Source: Octopus vulgaris (lineage: Eukaryota). From it: a DNA stretch of 64,000 nucleotides. The stretch's first letter is position 1, and the number at the start of each line of letters is the position of its first letter. The notes under the pieces were generated by a model, which saw only the letters and a program-made list of their open reading frames with translations, searched no databases and was not told the DNA's origin. Below, piece by piece: positions 13,380-27,820 of the stretch. The DNA lies in assembly GCA_951406725.2 (NCBI GenBank), contig OX597814.1:37758001-37822000 (forward strand). The letters are read 5' to 3'. A program made the position numbers and the translations under genes.

Positions 13380-14230
13380 AATTCAGGAGTCTTTCTGCTA
13401 GTCAGGTCTCGTTTACGTAAAAATATAGTGTATAGCTGTTCCTTGGAGATTCTTGCTACAGAAAGAGTAAGAGTTTAAACAGAAAATACATTAAACTTCA
13501 AATGTCGCTATGGGGCAGATTTGATTTATTTTACTAACGTAAAATATAATTTTTCTACAACGTTACATACGTATATACAAGAACGTAAACTAAAAAATAT
13601 ATACAATACTCTTTATCTTGGTCAGCAATGGCGGAAGTCATTCCCATACAATACTATGACGCGTGTATGTAAATTGTGTGTTAGAGAGTTCATGAATATT
13701 CTTTGTCGATATGGATCTACATTATTAAATGAGTTTTCTAACGCTATGCATTCCTGTAACCATAGATAGAGTTCAATATTTAATCATTTTAATAAACCAC
13801 GATAGCATAACGATTCAGTTTTTAATTATCTATACTTCACTTAATCTCTATACTCCTGCCATTCTGTAACATCATTTTCATCAATTATTACCTGTTTAGC
13901 ATTTCAAATATTTTCTAAATTGTATTCCCTATATTTCCTGCTATAACATTTTCTCTTCTTGTTAATAAGTGCACCACCCTGTATAACTAAATCTCATCTA
14001 CTCGTTACAACTTTGTACGAAATGTGACTGCTGATGAAGGAGGCAGTTTCCAAATTTTAGAGTGAAAATACCCTTAAAAAATCTACGGATTACTATGCTC
14101 TTGAAACGGCAGTAAGAGGACTACCACCACCAGTTTATCTAAACAGGATTATGTGTTTTCTTGGATTAGTTACGTATATTCTCTGAAAACTCTAATCACA
14201 CCGCTTTTTCTTTTTCATTTTAAGTATGTT
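13380..14230 (+). mobile_element. Penelope-like element 3' relic (GIY-YIG C-terminus + pLTR)
   Basis: ORF 13521-13769 PYNTMTRVCKLCVREFMNIL..LLNEFSNAMHSCNHR has the same CxLC..LLN..CxH pattern as 7740-8190; hammerhead core downstream. Confidence 0.7.
14027..14113 (+). ncRNA. Type I hammerhead relic with stem III deletion
   Basis: actg CTGATGA aggag..ctctt GAAACGG cagt: stems I and II pair, but the cleavage triplet is missing. Confidence 0.55.
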
Positions 14231-15764
14231 CAATGCAATTTCACGCTATAGTCTTTGAAATAATGTCGTTATCCATATTACTTAGAAAAGAGTGAGAAGA
14301 ATGATAAAAAGTGTTATTAAATACAACATTTTGATTGATTTAAATAGCTTTTATATTTATGGTTCTGCAAGCTTTTGGGAAAGGTACTTGAAAATAGTAC
14401 GAGAAATGCTCCTGATATGAACACAATTTTGTAATATCCGATGTGTCACAAACTTATATTTATCCCAGTAAGACATATACATCAAAAACATTTTCTTTAT
14501 AAAATTTGATACAGTACCTTTTCTTTGTGTATGTAACTACATTTATAAAGCTCACTTGATACACGATTTAAAACATATTTACCTTATAAATACGAGAATA
14601 GATGAGTAGTCAAACAGTTGAGACAGTCAGACTGAAGCTACATAGAAACATTTCTTCATATATTTTCAGCTTCTCTCACATTTGGCAATGAGCCGAAAAG
14701 CGAAATGGTTATCATTACGGCACTAGCGCTACGTGTATTGTCTAATTGCACTTTTAATATCCGGTTTAACTTGCCATAATATTCAAGAAAAAGTTTTCAT
14801 TGTCAACTCATTGTTATTGTATGCGTAGACTGCTATGAAATAAGAAAGATTGTGTTCGATGAAAAAGCATTTTAATTGGAAATCTTCTGTCGTATTTACG
14901 CACCACATTTCAAGTTACGCTAATAGAGAGGAGAGAATTAATTGCATAGTCTCGTATTTGTTTATTTCAAGAGTGAATATTACGATTTAACACATTTGTA
15001 TTTGGAAATATTTTGGATGGTTTGACGATACTGCCGATTTTGGCAAACTTATATAATCATTGAAACGATAATACCATATGCATTCGAAAATTATGTTGTT
15101 TCACAGGACAAAAATAATAATTATACAGTTTTCTATTCAGTGTTTGGCGGTTTGGTTGGTGTTCTATGCGTAAACTTCTATTACAATTCAGGTTACAGAA
15201 CTAGTGTTTTCCTAGAATACTTACAGTTTTGTGACGCTATACCTTATGCTCTTAAAATATAATCATCGGATAAAATTAATGATACATTTAATGAAGTAAT
15301 AAGTTAATAACAATATATATTAGTCGTGTTAATAATGATTACAGCAACAATAACAATAATGTTATTGATATTATTATAAATATTGACAATTACTTGACTA
15401 AGGTTCATTCCTATTTCTGCCAGAATTTGCGTGGGGTGTAGGTTGCTACCTTTAACCTTAGGTATTCACAAGCTTGGAATTGTCTTTTAAGTGCTTAAAT
15501 CTCTCCTGGTAATTTTTCCTGTCTCAAAGAGCTCTACATCCGTTGCATTTGCTCTTACGTCTGTAGCTACGGTGTTTTTATCGTTGTTGGTTTTGTCACT
15601 AGCTGGGCTAGGTTCTCTAACCACAGGATGCGAGTGGCATAGTTTGGTTGGAAGGTTGTAATTTCTTCCTGTGTTGATGTTGTAGTAGTTGCTGGTTCTA
15701 TATTTGTCTGGGCAGCCTTCTATCGCTGTTGTCAACTGCTGCTTTCATTGTTGAATCTATGTGC

Positions 15765-16207
<443 letters not shown>

Positions 16208-16611
16208 CTTCGTACTCCTTCCTGTGCGATCAGAAAACAAAAGAAGCGTCACACCCATACGGTCAGCAGAGGCAAATGTGTTTACTAGTACAGGCGATGA
16301 TGAGAGCACTGACCTTGGCCTTGAATACACAGGGAGAAAGGAACGGATACATTGTTATGTAGATAATAGTAGTAATGGTACACCTTTCAACGTGACGTGT
16401 GATATGTGCTTGTCATAAATACTGTCACTCAGTGTCAGTGAAATGTACGAATTAGGTCGAATTGGCAGGACAGACTGGCAATGCAAATTGAAAATGTAGA
16501 ACGAGAAGGGAGACCAAAAGGAAAGAATTTAAGATTGTTGGTGTTTTACATGAAGGAGATAGAATTAGAAAAGTAGCTGGCAAAAATGAAGGGATTAATA
16601 CGAGTTAAATT

Positions 16612-17022
16612 GGATCCGATCATGGCAGTTTTTTTCTAGCGGTGTCATATGAAATTGTCACGCATAATTATGACCCTAGTATCGATCTATTGCATTTCAA
16701 TCTGTTTTAGATTTAGGGTTAGTTAGGGGTGGGGGAAGGGTATATATTTTCTTCACAAATGTAAATAAACATAATCTGTTTCTTAAACGAGGGACATATT
16801 CATACGGCACAGAATGCTTTCACCTCAATAGACGGTCATTGATTGGTTAAAATTGCCGAAATGCAAGAAATTAAAGACGAAATATATTACAAGCTACAGA
16901 ATTTTCTCAAGAAAGCCAAGAGAAAATGATGTTTTATAAACACATTCTACCAGTATACGAAGTTAAAATTTTTTTAGTTACCTAGAAATTATGTTAAAAA
17001 CTGCCGTTCAAACCGAAAATAT
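16612..17022. mobile_element. Small non-autonomous DNA element (MITE or Helentron-like) inserted in the LTR
   Basis: Inverted repeats atggcagttttt (16622) and aaaaactgccgt (17007); internal ttagggttag; no ORF. Confidence 0.6.
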
Positions 17023-17389
17023 CCCACATGTCCGTCATGATAGTCTGCGGAATGTTGTTGAACAGGAGGAATTGATGGAACTTGTAACAGAGGAAAAATT
17101 TTAAATAAAAATGATTATAAACTGTATAAAAGAACAGTAAAATGAAACTGCGACCTTTGGTGGTCTCGTAAGCCATTCCATTCTATTCATTGTAAATATT
17201 CCATTTCATATTTATTTTTCGTTATGTGTACTCCATGTTTTGTGTTGTCTGTCCTTGTTATGTCCACTCTCTATTCAGACTACATGCCTATAATAAAGAT
17301 TTAGTACGAATTAGGTCACCATAGATTAGTCGTGGTTTTACTTGTCTAACTGTACTGCTATATAACAGTCTGACAGAAGATTATAACAG

Positions 17390-17401
17390 TGGCGACGAGG
17401 A
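17390..17401 (+). promoter_or_regulatory. Primer-binding site, probably tRNA-Ser(GCU)
   Basis: TGGCGACGAGGA 1 nt after the LTR CA end; complementary to the metazoan tRNA-Ser(GCT) 3' end ..TCCTCGTCGCCA (recalled). Confidence 0.7.
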
Positions 17402-17929
17402 AAATTACATACTAGCGATTAAATAACAAATTTAGGAGGAATTAACAAACTCGCAAAGAGTTACGAAACTCACAAAAGATTTTTGGGTGAATTTTACGGG
17501 ATACCAAATAGCAATGTTATGGAAAACCTGGTGGCCGGTTTGCTCGAGTTGCAAAAACAGCAACAACAGCAGCAGCTACAACAGCAGGAAAAAAAGTAGA
17601 AGCAACGACAACGATAATTACTATTAGAGTAACAAATGCGGCAATTAATGAAGTCGTCACAAAATATTGTAAAGATGTTCTCGCCAGATTATGTTGCGAT
17701 ATCAAGAACAGATTTTTAAGTAGGTACCAGAAGAAGGAGTTGCCTTCGAGGTGTGCCAAAGAAGATAGGAACAGATCTTCAATGAATAATGCAAAGAATG
17801 GGACGACGATATGAAAACGTGCGTTATCTTAAGAAAGCTGACAGCAGGAGTATATGAGTGTTACAACAATTTTGTACGGCCGAAAAAGACTTCAGGATAC
17901 TTCCACTTACGAGTTTTAGTAACTTGAGT

Positions 17930-19051
17930 TAGTTCCTGTGTTGTAAAATCTTTCCATCTCTGTTTTTACAATCTCATCCATTCTTTCTTCTCTCCCTACC
18001 CATTCAGCTTCCATGTTGAATTCCTTTCTATCACTCCATATGTTTTTCCAAAATGCCATTACTCCCTTTATATAAGGCGGGTCTTTTATTCGATCGACGG
18101 TTTCTCTAACTCTCTGTAGTATTTCTTAACATCTGCTTTATATATCTTATTTTGTTTGTAAATTTTGTTTCTCTTTCATGCCTGCATAAGTGTTTTGCCT
18201 TAACCTACATTTTCTGCTTAACCACCTCTTTTGCTCTCAGTACATTCATGTTTATCGGATTGTATTTTCATTTTATCATTCTTTGTATTACTTATTTATT
18301 TATCTATTTTGTTATTTTATTTTTTAGAGAGTTCGTCTAAAATTGATAATTCCCGCCGGAAACTCTCGGTTTTGTAATTATTATGATTTATATTATTCTG
18401 CTTTACTTCTCTGGGCATTCGGTTAGATTCTCCAAGAGCGGAAAGCAACCTGCCGTCAGAGGTCTCACGTGGTTTCTTTCTGCACATTACAAGCTTTGAT
18501 ACTTGGTTGCTTACTATCGGGAGAGGCATTCAACATCAATGTAACGATCTCAAAATCCTAGCTGTCACCAGTAGAGCTGAGAAAGTTCCTAGTTGTCAAC
18601 AGCTCTGCCCTCCTGTTCATTCCGAATTCTTTGACATATTTCTCGTACTTGGTTTTTAGTGCTCCGAATGTCCCTACAAATACTGAAATAACAGACACTC
18701 TCTTCATAGTCCACATTCTTGAGATTTCGTCTTTTAGTAGTCTGTACTTTTCTAACTTTTTCTAGGTATTGCAATTTCGATGATCTTGGATTCCTTATTT
18801 CTTTTATCAACCACATAAATATCTGGTCTCCGAGCCTCGGTTGGGGAATCACAGGGGATTGTAAAATCACATATTATCTTATGTTCCTTTTTCTCAGTCA
18901 CGCTTCTGGTTCATGTTCGTACCATTTCCGTGCTCTATCCATTTCGTACATGTCACATACCCTCCAGTGCATGGACTTAGCCATGTTATCTTTTCTCTTT
19001 TAGTCGTGCTTTGGGCCACCATGCTTCACTCACAGTATGAGATATTGCTTC

Positions 19052-19139
<88 letters not shown>

Positions 19140-19280
19140 GTTATTATTATTATTCAGTAGTTTTATTTTTATAGCGTGCTTTCACTTCACTACCGAGCGC
19201 AGCTCTGTGTGTCTTGGATATGTGCTGTGATTTTGTTGTGATGCTCTGATGGTTATTATATGGAAAGTGTTCTGCGTAGG

Positions 19281-19345
<65 letters not shown>

Positions 19346-20400
19346 CAATCCTCTTCCTCTTCTTCTTCTTCTTCTTCTTATTATTATTATTATTAGTCAA
19401 CACACTGTAGTTATAAATGCCCTGGAGACTTTAGTCATCTGTGAAGTTACAACAAGGACATCAGACAGATAATATTTTCCTTAAGATGTGCACTGTACCC
19501 AATAAGGTTGCTTTTTGCAAGACATCAAACTTGCGTGGGATTTCCAGTTACCTTAAGAAGATTTGAAGCTGCAATGGAATTGAGCCCAACGCTCCGATTA
19601 CCACTGGTTATACTTTTACATCACCCTCTCGCATTCCGCTTTCAATTCAGACTGCATGGTGATTTTTCAACGTCTTTACTCACAACATTCACGTCATTTG
19701 ATATGGCTACATCAATGACCTGACAGTATATGTCTTTCTTATTCAAAATGACAATATGACGTTGTTCCATTACACGGTCCGTTTGCAAATCATAGTTGCA
19801 GGGTATCATTACTTTACCATCCTCATGAAAAACTTAACTTGGTACATGCTCATACCAGTTCTCTGTTAATTCATATTGGCCTTTACAAGATAAATGCGAA
19901 TGAAGATACACACACTTTTTATCGTGGCGGCGTTTGTATTCGTTTTGTGCAAGGATCTCACATCTACTTACCAAGTAGGTCACAGTTTTCACATTCTTTC
20001 CAGAGTCTGCATTTCAGAGTGTCAGAAGTTTGTTAGATATTATACTTCGATGTATTGGTAGCGAGAGCCTGGTCTAGTGCAGCAATTATCAGGCTTTCGG
20101 TGGTACGCTTCAAATCACCTTGCTCAAGCTATGACCACGAAACTGTATTATCCTTAACATCTAGTGTGATCCTTTCAAAGTGTTCATGCATTCTCATTTC
20201 AAGAAGGTCTTCTTTTTTTTTCTCCTGTGATAAGCTGTTCAAGATTCCAGAAAGAGACAGCCTGCACAAAAAATTGCCTTCACCACTTTAAGACTAGAAT
20301 ATGGTGGTCGTAGATGATTTCACATCAATGATGTCTTCAAGTGTATATTTTGAAATACCATAGGATTATTTGAAAAATCTTAACTAAATGTGCTCATAAA
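17930..20400 (-). mobile_element. Four R4/Dong-type RLE non-LTR fragments interleaved with (TAA)n
   Basis: 17930-18370 KQNKIYKADVKKYYREL..AFWKNIWS; 18380-19050 ICDFTIPCDSPTEARRPDIYVVDK..IIEIAIP..TARILR; 19155-19280 ILRRTLSI* plus UTR; 19396-20400 VIDVAISND..LQKATLLGTVHILRKIL. The three 3' ends run into TAA repeats. Confidence 0.8.
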
Positions 20401-20672
20401 ATTTTGTCCTACCTCTATAATGTATTATATAATTAAAAAGAATGCAAAACATTTATGAAATTCAAACATTGTCACCTCAAAACTGATATGTAATAGGTCA
20501 AATAATAATAAAAGTTAATACGCACAGTTGCAATCAGTGGTTAAAGGGAACGAAGTTATCCAAACGAATTGTTTCTGCTGCTCAAATGAAAATAAATATC
20601 AAATCAAAATAAAAACAAAGTTTATAATTTTGTGTTTATGTTTGTGAGTGTTTGCGTATGGATGCGCGCACG

Positions 20673-20712
<40 letters not shown>

Positions 20713-20989
20713 GTTTCAGTCTCGTCTGTCATGGAAATAATTCATCACATTGCAGAATTTTTATAGTGATATATTTCTAAGCACGTAACTAAGTTTTGAG
20801 GAAAGAAACAAATACGGAGAATACGCCGAACAGAAAGATAACGATATATTTTAATCAAAATTCCAGGTTATCTGTACTTCTAAAGAATAAGATTTACTCT
20901 CACAAGCAAATCTAATTGACTTATTTTGTGATTTGAATAAATCTAGGTGAAAAATTTGGGGCTCAGAATGTATGTAATTTTATTTTTCT

Positions 20990-21315
20990 CTTCATCTGGA
21001 ATGATGAATTCAAAGAAAGTGTGTTATGGAGAAATGATAATTCAGTCGTGTTGCTTCTTGGTCATGATAATAATCTGCATACCGAGTGCAAATTGATTGG
21101 TCTAAAGTCATGTTGGAATTATTTGTTCACCATAACGGAGAGAAATTCACTGATGTCCTCATTACACATGCAGCAACATGAATGAGTCATCCACGGTATC
21201 AAATTGTTTCTAGAAGAAAATAAGATTCAATAACGAATATACAATGAAAATATGAATAGAGACAAGGAAGTCGTTCGAAAATAGCTAGTGCTGCAGCGAC
21301 GTTACACTAAGACAT
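20990..21315 (+). mobile_element. Chapaev3 (CMC)-like transposase relic
   Basis: IDWSKVMLELFVHHNGEKFTDVLITHAA resembles the recalled consensus IDSSKxSLKAVLLHNGNKxPSxPIAH. Confidence 0.55.
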
Positions 21316-22499
21316 AAGATATCAAACAAAAGAGCAATTTCTGAGAGGGAGGACACATTCGGGTGACTATATTTGTACATATCATGGCAGTGGCGAATAA
21401 CATGTGTTCCTGAAAATCAGATGCATATCGCTTGTGACGTTCACTGTGCTCACGACGACGAATCAACAATGGTTCCTTGACGCCATTGATTCACCGGCCA
21501 GTTTACTCTCAATAAGATCATTGGCATAGAACTGATAAAAGTTGAAATCTGTTGAGGACACATGTTGATGTAAATCGCATGGCCATGAAAATTGTGTGCC
21601 TTCAATTAGATGCCTCAACTCATCAGCAACAACTTGGAAGCATAGTCACTTAGCAGCAGATCTAAACCTTCGGCAGGTGTCCCTTCGGGAAAATGAGAAA
21701 CGGCACATTATGACGCTTAGTACTCCCGACTTCAGGATAATTAACTGTAAAATGAGCAGTCCATATTCGCTTTTTGGCGCATTATCATAATGAACTTGCT
21801 TTCCGTCAAAAGAATTTCACATCATCAATATTTTCCTTGTCGGAGGAAAACCAGAACAAGGAGATTCATTTTGGGAGTTCTTCAAATTTTTCAGTAGAAG
21901 CTTACATGGGATAAAACAGTTTTGACGTGCCTTTTAAATATTTGATCCTCACATGACCAAAATAGATATTGTAACAAATGTTCTTGCGTATCGCACTTCT
22001 GATATTGCAATTTGCCTATTCCAATTGGCGGCGCTAGGTGATAGATTCATAGACTCGTTAAGATTTTGGTGAATCGTTCGTGTATCTCTGCGTAAAACAT
22101 GAGCGTTACGACGGTGTCTGACTAATATGAAAAATTCTTTTTCTATGCTATGGAAGATACATCTACACGAATTGTACCGACTCATTTTCAAGCAAGAACA
22201 CTCGGGTATTCAAAAACTAGATTTCTTCGAAGCTTAGTGTTGTGCTTGCAGCTGGAATTATCATTTAAAATTAAATGATAAAATGAACTTATTTTGTAAG
22301 TGTGGGGTATGTTTCTAGAAAGAGCAGAGAAATCGCAGTGACTCTTGCTGCGATCAGACATAGGTCAATATTTGTCAACTTTTGTATAAGATAGATCCTT
22401 GAAGCAAAAGTTTGTAAATTTTGATAGTAGTGGAATGTCCTTTAAATTACTAACCGAACAACGTTATTGAATTAAAAATAAAATTTCTTAGATTCAAAT

Positions 22500-23720
22500 T
22501 TTAGCAAAGACTCTTAGAACGGAAACTGAAATGTGATTCTTTCACGCATATCATATATTAGTTCACAATATTTTATTGATAATGAACGCTACGGAAATAG
22601 TAATGCATCTACTCCGCTTCCATTAGTATCAAATATAGACAAAAACCTACATTTGCACACCAGTACGCATTTCCAATTATTCCTTAACCAGGAAAACAAG
22701 AAATCCATCACGGAATTGTATAACAGGAACTTAATATTCAAAGATCGACAGTGCTGTACATTTTTAAAAATGTTCTCCCTGAAGTTGAATTTACTGGGCT
22801 GCCTCACAGAGAATAATTGGCAGAAAGAATTTGCACTAAACTTATACTAAGGTAAAATCGATTATTGTGCAACAGAATGGTCACGTTGCGTAAACCAATA
22901 GATTACGATCTAGGTAAATGAAATGATGAGAGTTTATACGGTTTCATTAAATCAACATTTTTATCTCAATCGGTACGATTGCTCGATCTCACCACTCAGT
23001 AAAACCTGCACAAATTATAACACAAATAGTGCTGTTACGCACTTGAAGGGAATCTCTGGTAAGGCAAATTTCAATTCAAGACTAAGTTTCGATTTTTAAA
23101 TGCATAAAAGCCAAAAAGGACGACTTCAGGGTGTATCGACCATATGTTGATGGTAAAGAGCCACTTCGAATTTAATAGATAAAATTTTGCCACGGTTAGT
23201 CTACGGAAGCAAAATTATGGCTAATCGTTAACAAAAAATACATGTATATCATGAGTCCTTACCAAAAAATAACAAATTGCAAAGCCTTAGATACTGGGTA
23301 TATAAATAAGTCAATCACGTTGTGAGACACAGATTATTCTTCCTAAATTGAATGGTATGTTTATATAAATATACGATTCAACTTAGCAAGAAGAATTTAC
23401 ACCGTTGCATCAAATCCTAAAACCCGACAAAATTGGGACCAATAACTTAAAAACACATTACTGGATAGAAAATACTCGGCCAGTCTAATCAAAAGGGAAT
23501 TGAACGTGCAAAAATGATAGACATCCAAGAGTTACGGAAAACAAGAAAACAACATTATACACTTATTACTTTATCTTACGTACCAACACACAATCCGAGG
23601 AACATGGAAGCATAAACCCGAAATGCCAAATCTTACCTCTCTATCAATTCACTAGAAACACTTCAACCCTGTTCTGTTTAAATAAGGAAATCATACTCAT
23701 TGAAAAGTTTAAACCACTCC
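22500..23720 (+). mobile_element. Penelope-like RT/thumb relic
   Basis: NIRFNLARRIYTVAS, KGIERAKMIDIQELRK, YVPTHNPRN; related to 31150-31470 and 35455-35815. Confidence 0.65.
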
Positions 23721-24508
23721 TGAATATCTTTTAGAAATAAGAACATAATACTAAAGAGAAGAAGAAAAAACAGATTCAATTTCTCCACAAAAGAACAACC
23801 AGATACAACAGACAATTTTGCAAACTTTAGTAACACTCTTTGACCCGGGTTTCAAAACTACAACCCCAAATCACCATTCAATACACACACCAGTTGCTCA
23901 CGTCACCTAACTCTATACCAATGAAATGTTACCTCCAATTACAACCGAACTACAGCAAATATAACAAATTGAACCTTTAAGAGAATCGATATTCCCCACA
24001 GAGAAACCAACCAGGCTGAACTACAAACTCGACCACCAGAAAATCAAAACGTTTAATGAATCAGAAATCAGATCCGTTTGCGGAAAAAGTATAAATGTAC
24101 CGGATTCCAATAAACGCCGTTACAAGCAAAAGTTCCTACATATGACGGAAAGAGAATCACAGAATCTGAAAAACAAACCTCTGTTTTTAGTATCTTCATT
24201 TCTCCCTTGTTTTTCTTCCTCCTAAATCAGTATGACTGAAACTTTGATGTTATTAACTTCTTGTCGATCACAACTAACGCTATTGAATTTTGTACATTTA
24301 AACCAAATAATCCACAGTTATATTATTGATGGTTATGAACATTTAATCTTGTCGACATTGAAACTTTTAAACGTGTTTTTCTACTTCATGATTCTACATT
24401 TTTACCATTGATGAACAAAAAATATTGCTGAAATAAATTTATTCAAAAACAATTACACACACACGCACGCACACACACACACACACACATACACACACAC
24501 ACACACAT

Positions 24509-24540
<32 letters not shown>

Positions 24541-26507
24541 CATCATCATTGACATCATCATTATCATCATTTAAAGTCAACATTCCATACTGGCATGGTT
24601 TGGACGGTTTGGTTGAGGACTGGCAAGACAGAAGGCTGCTCCAGGCTCCAATCTACTCTGGCAAGGTTTCTACAGCTAGATGGCATTCCTAACGCCAACT
24701 ACAACGAGAGTATAGTGAGTGGTTTTTACGTGCCACCAGCATTGGGCCAGTCAAGCGTCACCGCAATCTGCCATACTTGAATGGTGCTTTTTACGTGCCA
24801 CCGGCACGGAGCCAGTCAGAGGGCACTGGTATCGACCACGCTCGAATGGCGCTTTTTACTTGCCACCGGCAGGGGGTCAGTCAGGCGCAACTGGCATTGG
24901 CCACGACTACGATTTCATTTGATTCAACAGGTCTTCTCAAGCACAGGATATTGCTCGAGGATTAAAGGGTAATTTTAAAGGGGCCAGTTATGCGACTCTG
25001 GCATCGGCCACGGCTACGATCTCACTTGGCTTGCCGGATCTTCTCAAGCACAGCATATCTAACAAAAGTCCCGGTCGCTTGTCATTGCCTCCGTGAGGCC
25101 CAACGTTCGACGGTCGTGCTTCACACAGCTGTCCTCATCTATACGTAACACAGGACCTACAAGCGCAGTCGTCTCTCTTGCACGCCACATCTGATGCTTC
25201 TTTTGTCCAACTTTTCTTTCAGGGCGCTTATTCACCGTCATGTATGGACACTGACATTACACATCCAGCAGAACATACTAGCTTCATTTTTTCAAGCCTA
25301 CGCATATCCTCAGAAATCACAGCCCATGTTTCACTGCCGTGTAGCATGGCTGTTTGCACACATACATCATACAGTCTACCTTTCACACAGAACGAGAGTC
25401 TCTTTGTTACAATCAGAGGCAGGAGCTCTCTTTACTTTGCCCAGACTATTCTTATTCTAGCAACTCCAGAGCATCCAGACCCGTTACTGACTAAGTCACT
25501 TAAATAACGGAAGCAATCAATTTCTAGTTTTCCCCCCTGGCATATAATGGATTCATCGGTGCTTATTGCTCCTCTGCATCTTTCACACACAAACATTATC
25601 TTTCCAGTTAACCTTCCTTTGATATTGCTGCACCTCTTTTGTGTCCATGGAGTTTCTACCCACGCCTTTTCTAAAAATCGAGCAGGGTCATCTATCTGAA
25701 GGGATTTGTGATTTGTCTGCCTTCCTACTTATTAAGGCGTTGGTTTTTTCCAAGTTTGACTCTAAGGCCCTTCGATTTTAGATATTGCTTCCACGCCAGA
25801 AACTTCTGAAGTTCTGTTAGTGACTCAACTATTAGACCAAGGTTATCAGCATAGAGGAGCTCCAAAATGCAGCCTGCCGTGAATTCCTGTTATTGCCTGG
25901 AGGACCATGATGAATATGAGGTGTGGGCTGAGGACTGATCCTTGGTGAACCCCTACTTCTACGCGGAATTCTTCACTATATTCGTTGCCATTCCTCACCT
26001 TCCTGACAGTATAAAGCCCTCACCAACCACTCATCTATCCTTAGTTTCCACACTGGGCACTAGCTAAGGAATATGGGGACCCTGTCAAAGGCTTTATCCA
26101 TGTCAGCGAAAGCCAAGTGCACATATTTCTCTTTGGGTAGGAATTTCTCCCGCAGCTGTCTTATCGGAAAAATAGCATCAGTGGCACTTCTCTTGTCTAA
26201 ACTGCATCTCGTCTAAACTAACTCGCTCCATAATTACTTGGTCTATGACCCTCTCTCTGACATTAATCACCTGATCCAACAATTTGCTGTCACTGTAATT
26301 ATTCCTATCTAATGTGTCACCTTTGCCTTTGTAGCAGTTGGCTATGGTGCTGCTACACTAGTCGTTGGGTATGACACCTTCATGTATGACCTGTTTGATT
26401 ATACGGGTTACCAGACTATATCCTACATCGACTTATATTTTAAGCGCGTCAGTGGTGATTCCTGATGGGCCGGGGGCTTTTCCTGTCTTCATGCGCTTAA
26501 TTACATA
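24541..26507 (-). mobile_element. RTE LINE, 3' 2 kb (RT, 3' UTR and (GAT)n tail)
   Basis: KRMKTGKAPGPSGI, YKGKGDTLDRNNY, LAFADMDKAFDRVP, GVHQGSVLSP, ELLYADNL; CAT repeats at 24541-24570. Confidence 0.9.
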
Positions 26508-27820
26508 GGTGCACGTTGGATTCGAACCACCAGTTACCATCCACAATCCGACGGTATGGTGGAAAAATTCCACCGTCAAATGAAGGCTGCTTTGCGTGCT
26601 TACCCAGATCGGCAGCGTTGGAGCGAATATCTTCCAATAGCCCTGCTGGGTGTCGAGCCTCAATTAAGGAAGATCTCGATTATTCCTCAGTAGAACTTGT
26701 TTATAGCACACACCTTTCGTTAGCCCCAGTGGATCTGTCCAAACAAGACTCCGCTATGTAAATTCACAGACATCGCAAATACATGCAAGAACTGTCACAC
26801 ATGTCAACACGATACCAAACCACTAAAATCATCAGTTCCAAAAGATATAGATTTCTAGACCCACGTGCATCTAAGAAAACATGCTGTGAAAACCCCGCCT
26901 ACACCTCCATACACAAGACCCTATCGTGTCCTGTCACACAGAGAAAACCTATGTATCATATAGATTGATGGTAAAAAGAAAACTGTCTCAAAAAACATGC
27001 TTAAGGGGCCGTACACAGACAGTGGTACAATAGCACCTCATACACAAGCACATTCACAGTACAACAAAACAAACGCTACTCCAGTGCAACCACCACTAAT
27101 ACACTCGCACACACCGACCCCTTCTCTATCTACATACGTCACTAACACCCGTAGTGGTCGCCGTGTACATTGGCCCACCAAGCTGTCTAAAACTATATAC
27201 ATCTGAACTATCATGAACTACTTGCGAACTTACTAAAGACATTTTAACATGTATCAGTAAGAATGCAGTATTGTTCTACATCTTAACTAGCATGAACTAC
27301 TTGAGAACTTACCGCAAGACTTTTCAATACTTATCACCAACGAAGCATTTTTGTTCTTCACAGTATTCCTTCGAACTATACGAAACCAACTTGAACATTT
27401 TGTTTATTTCTTTGTGTTCACGTTCTGTTTACCCTTACCGTGCTTAGCTTTTTCCTTTTGGTCACTCTTTTCTGTTGCATTGCATTCTTCTGCTTGTAAT
27501 CCATGTTCTGACCTGTTTCTCCACTGTATATTTATATACACCGCCTCTTTACCTAGTTCCAGCTTTTTCAAGTTTAGCAGGAGGCTATGTAGCATAGCCA
27601 CGTAACGTAGGCATAGTAATCTGCGACCAAATGTGCTACAGCCGTCCTGCACAGCAGATAAAATTGACTACTGTATCAAAGTGATACACCTGTCAATTTT
27701 TTATACATTAGCTTCGTTATGAGATACGCAGTAGAAAAACCTGAGTTAGTGACAAGGCCCTGGTCAACGACACGTCTTTACTGCAGCTCCACATGTCATC
27801 TCCTACGTGTGTTACTGACA
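26508..27820 (+). mobile_element. Gypsy integrase C-terminus, polypurine tract and 3' LTR
   Basis: RTTSYHPQSDGMVEKFHRQMKAAL..WSEYLPIALLG..KEDLDYSSVELVY; terminal TRSGRRVHWP; AGCAGGAGG then TGT at 27588. LTR end uncertain. Confidence 0.85.

Larger units (their letters stand above)
16411..17900 (+). mobile_element. Gypsy (Mag-like) retrotransposon 5' end: LTR, PBS and gag relic
   Basis: LTR TGTCATA(16411)..TATAACA(17388) with AATAAA at 17292; PBS follows; gag relic PEEGVAFEVCQRR*EQIFNE*CKEWDDDMKTCVILRKL. Confidence 0.75.

Noticed and set aside
21589-21630. Minus-strand CTGATGA..GAAG hammerhead-like string
   Set aside because: GAAG instead of GAAA, no UH site, poor stem II.
25280-25318. Minus-strand CTGAGGA..GAAA
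   Set aside because: Lies in RTE coding sequence and lacks stems I and III.
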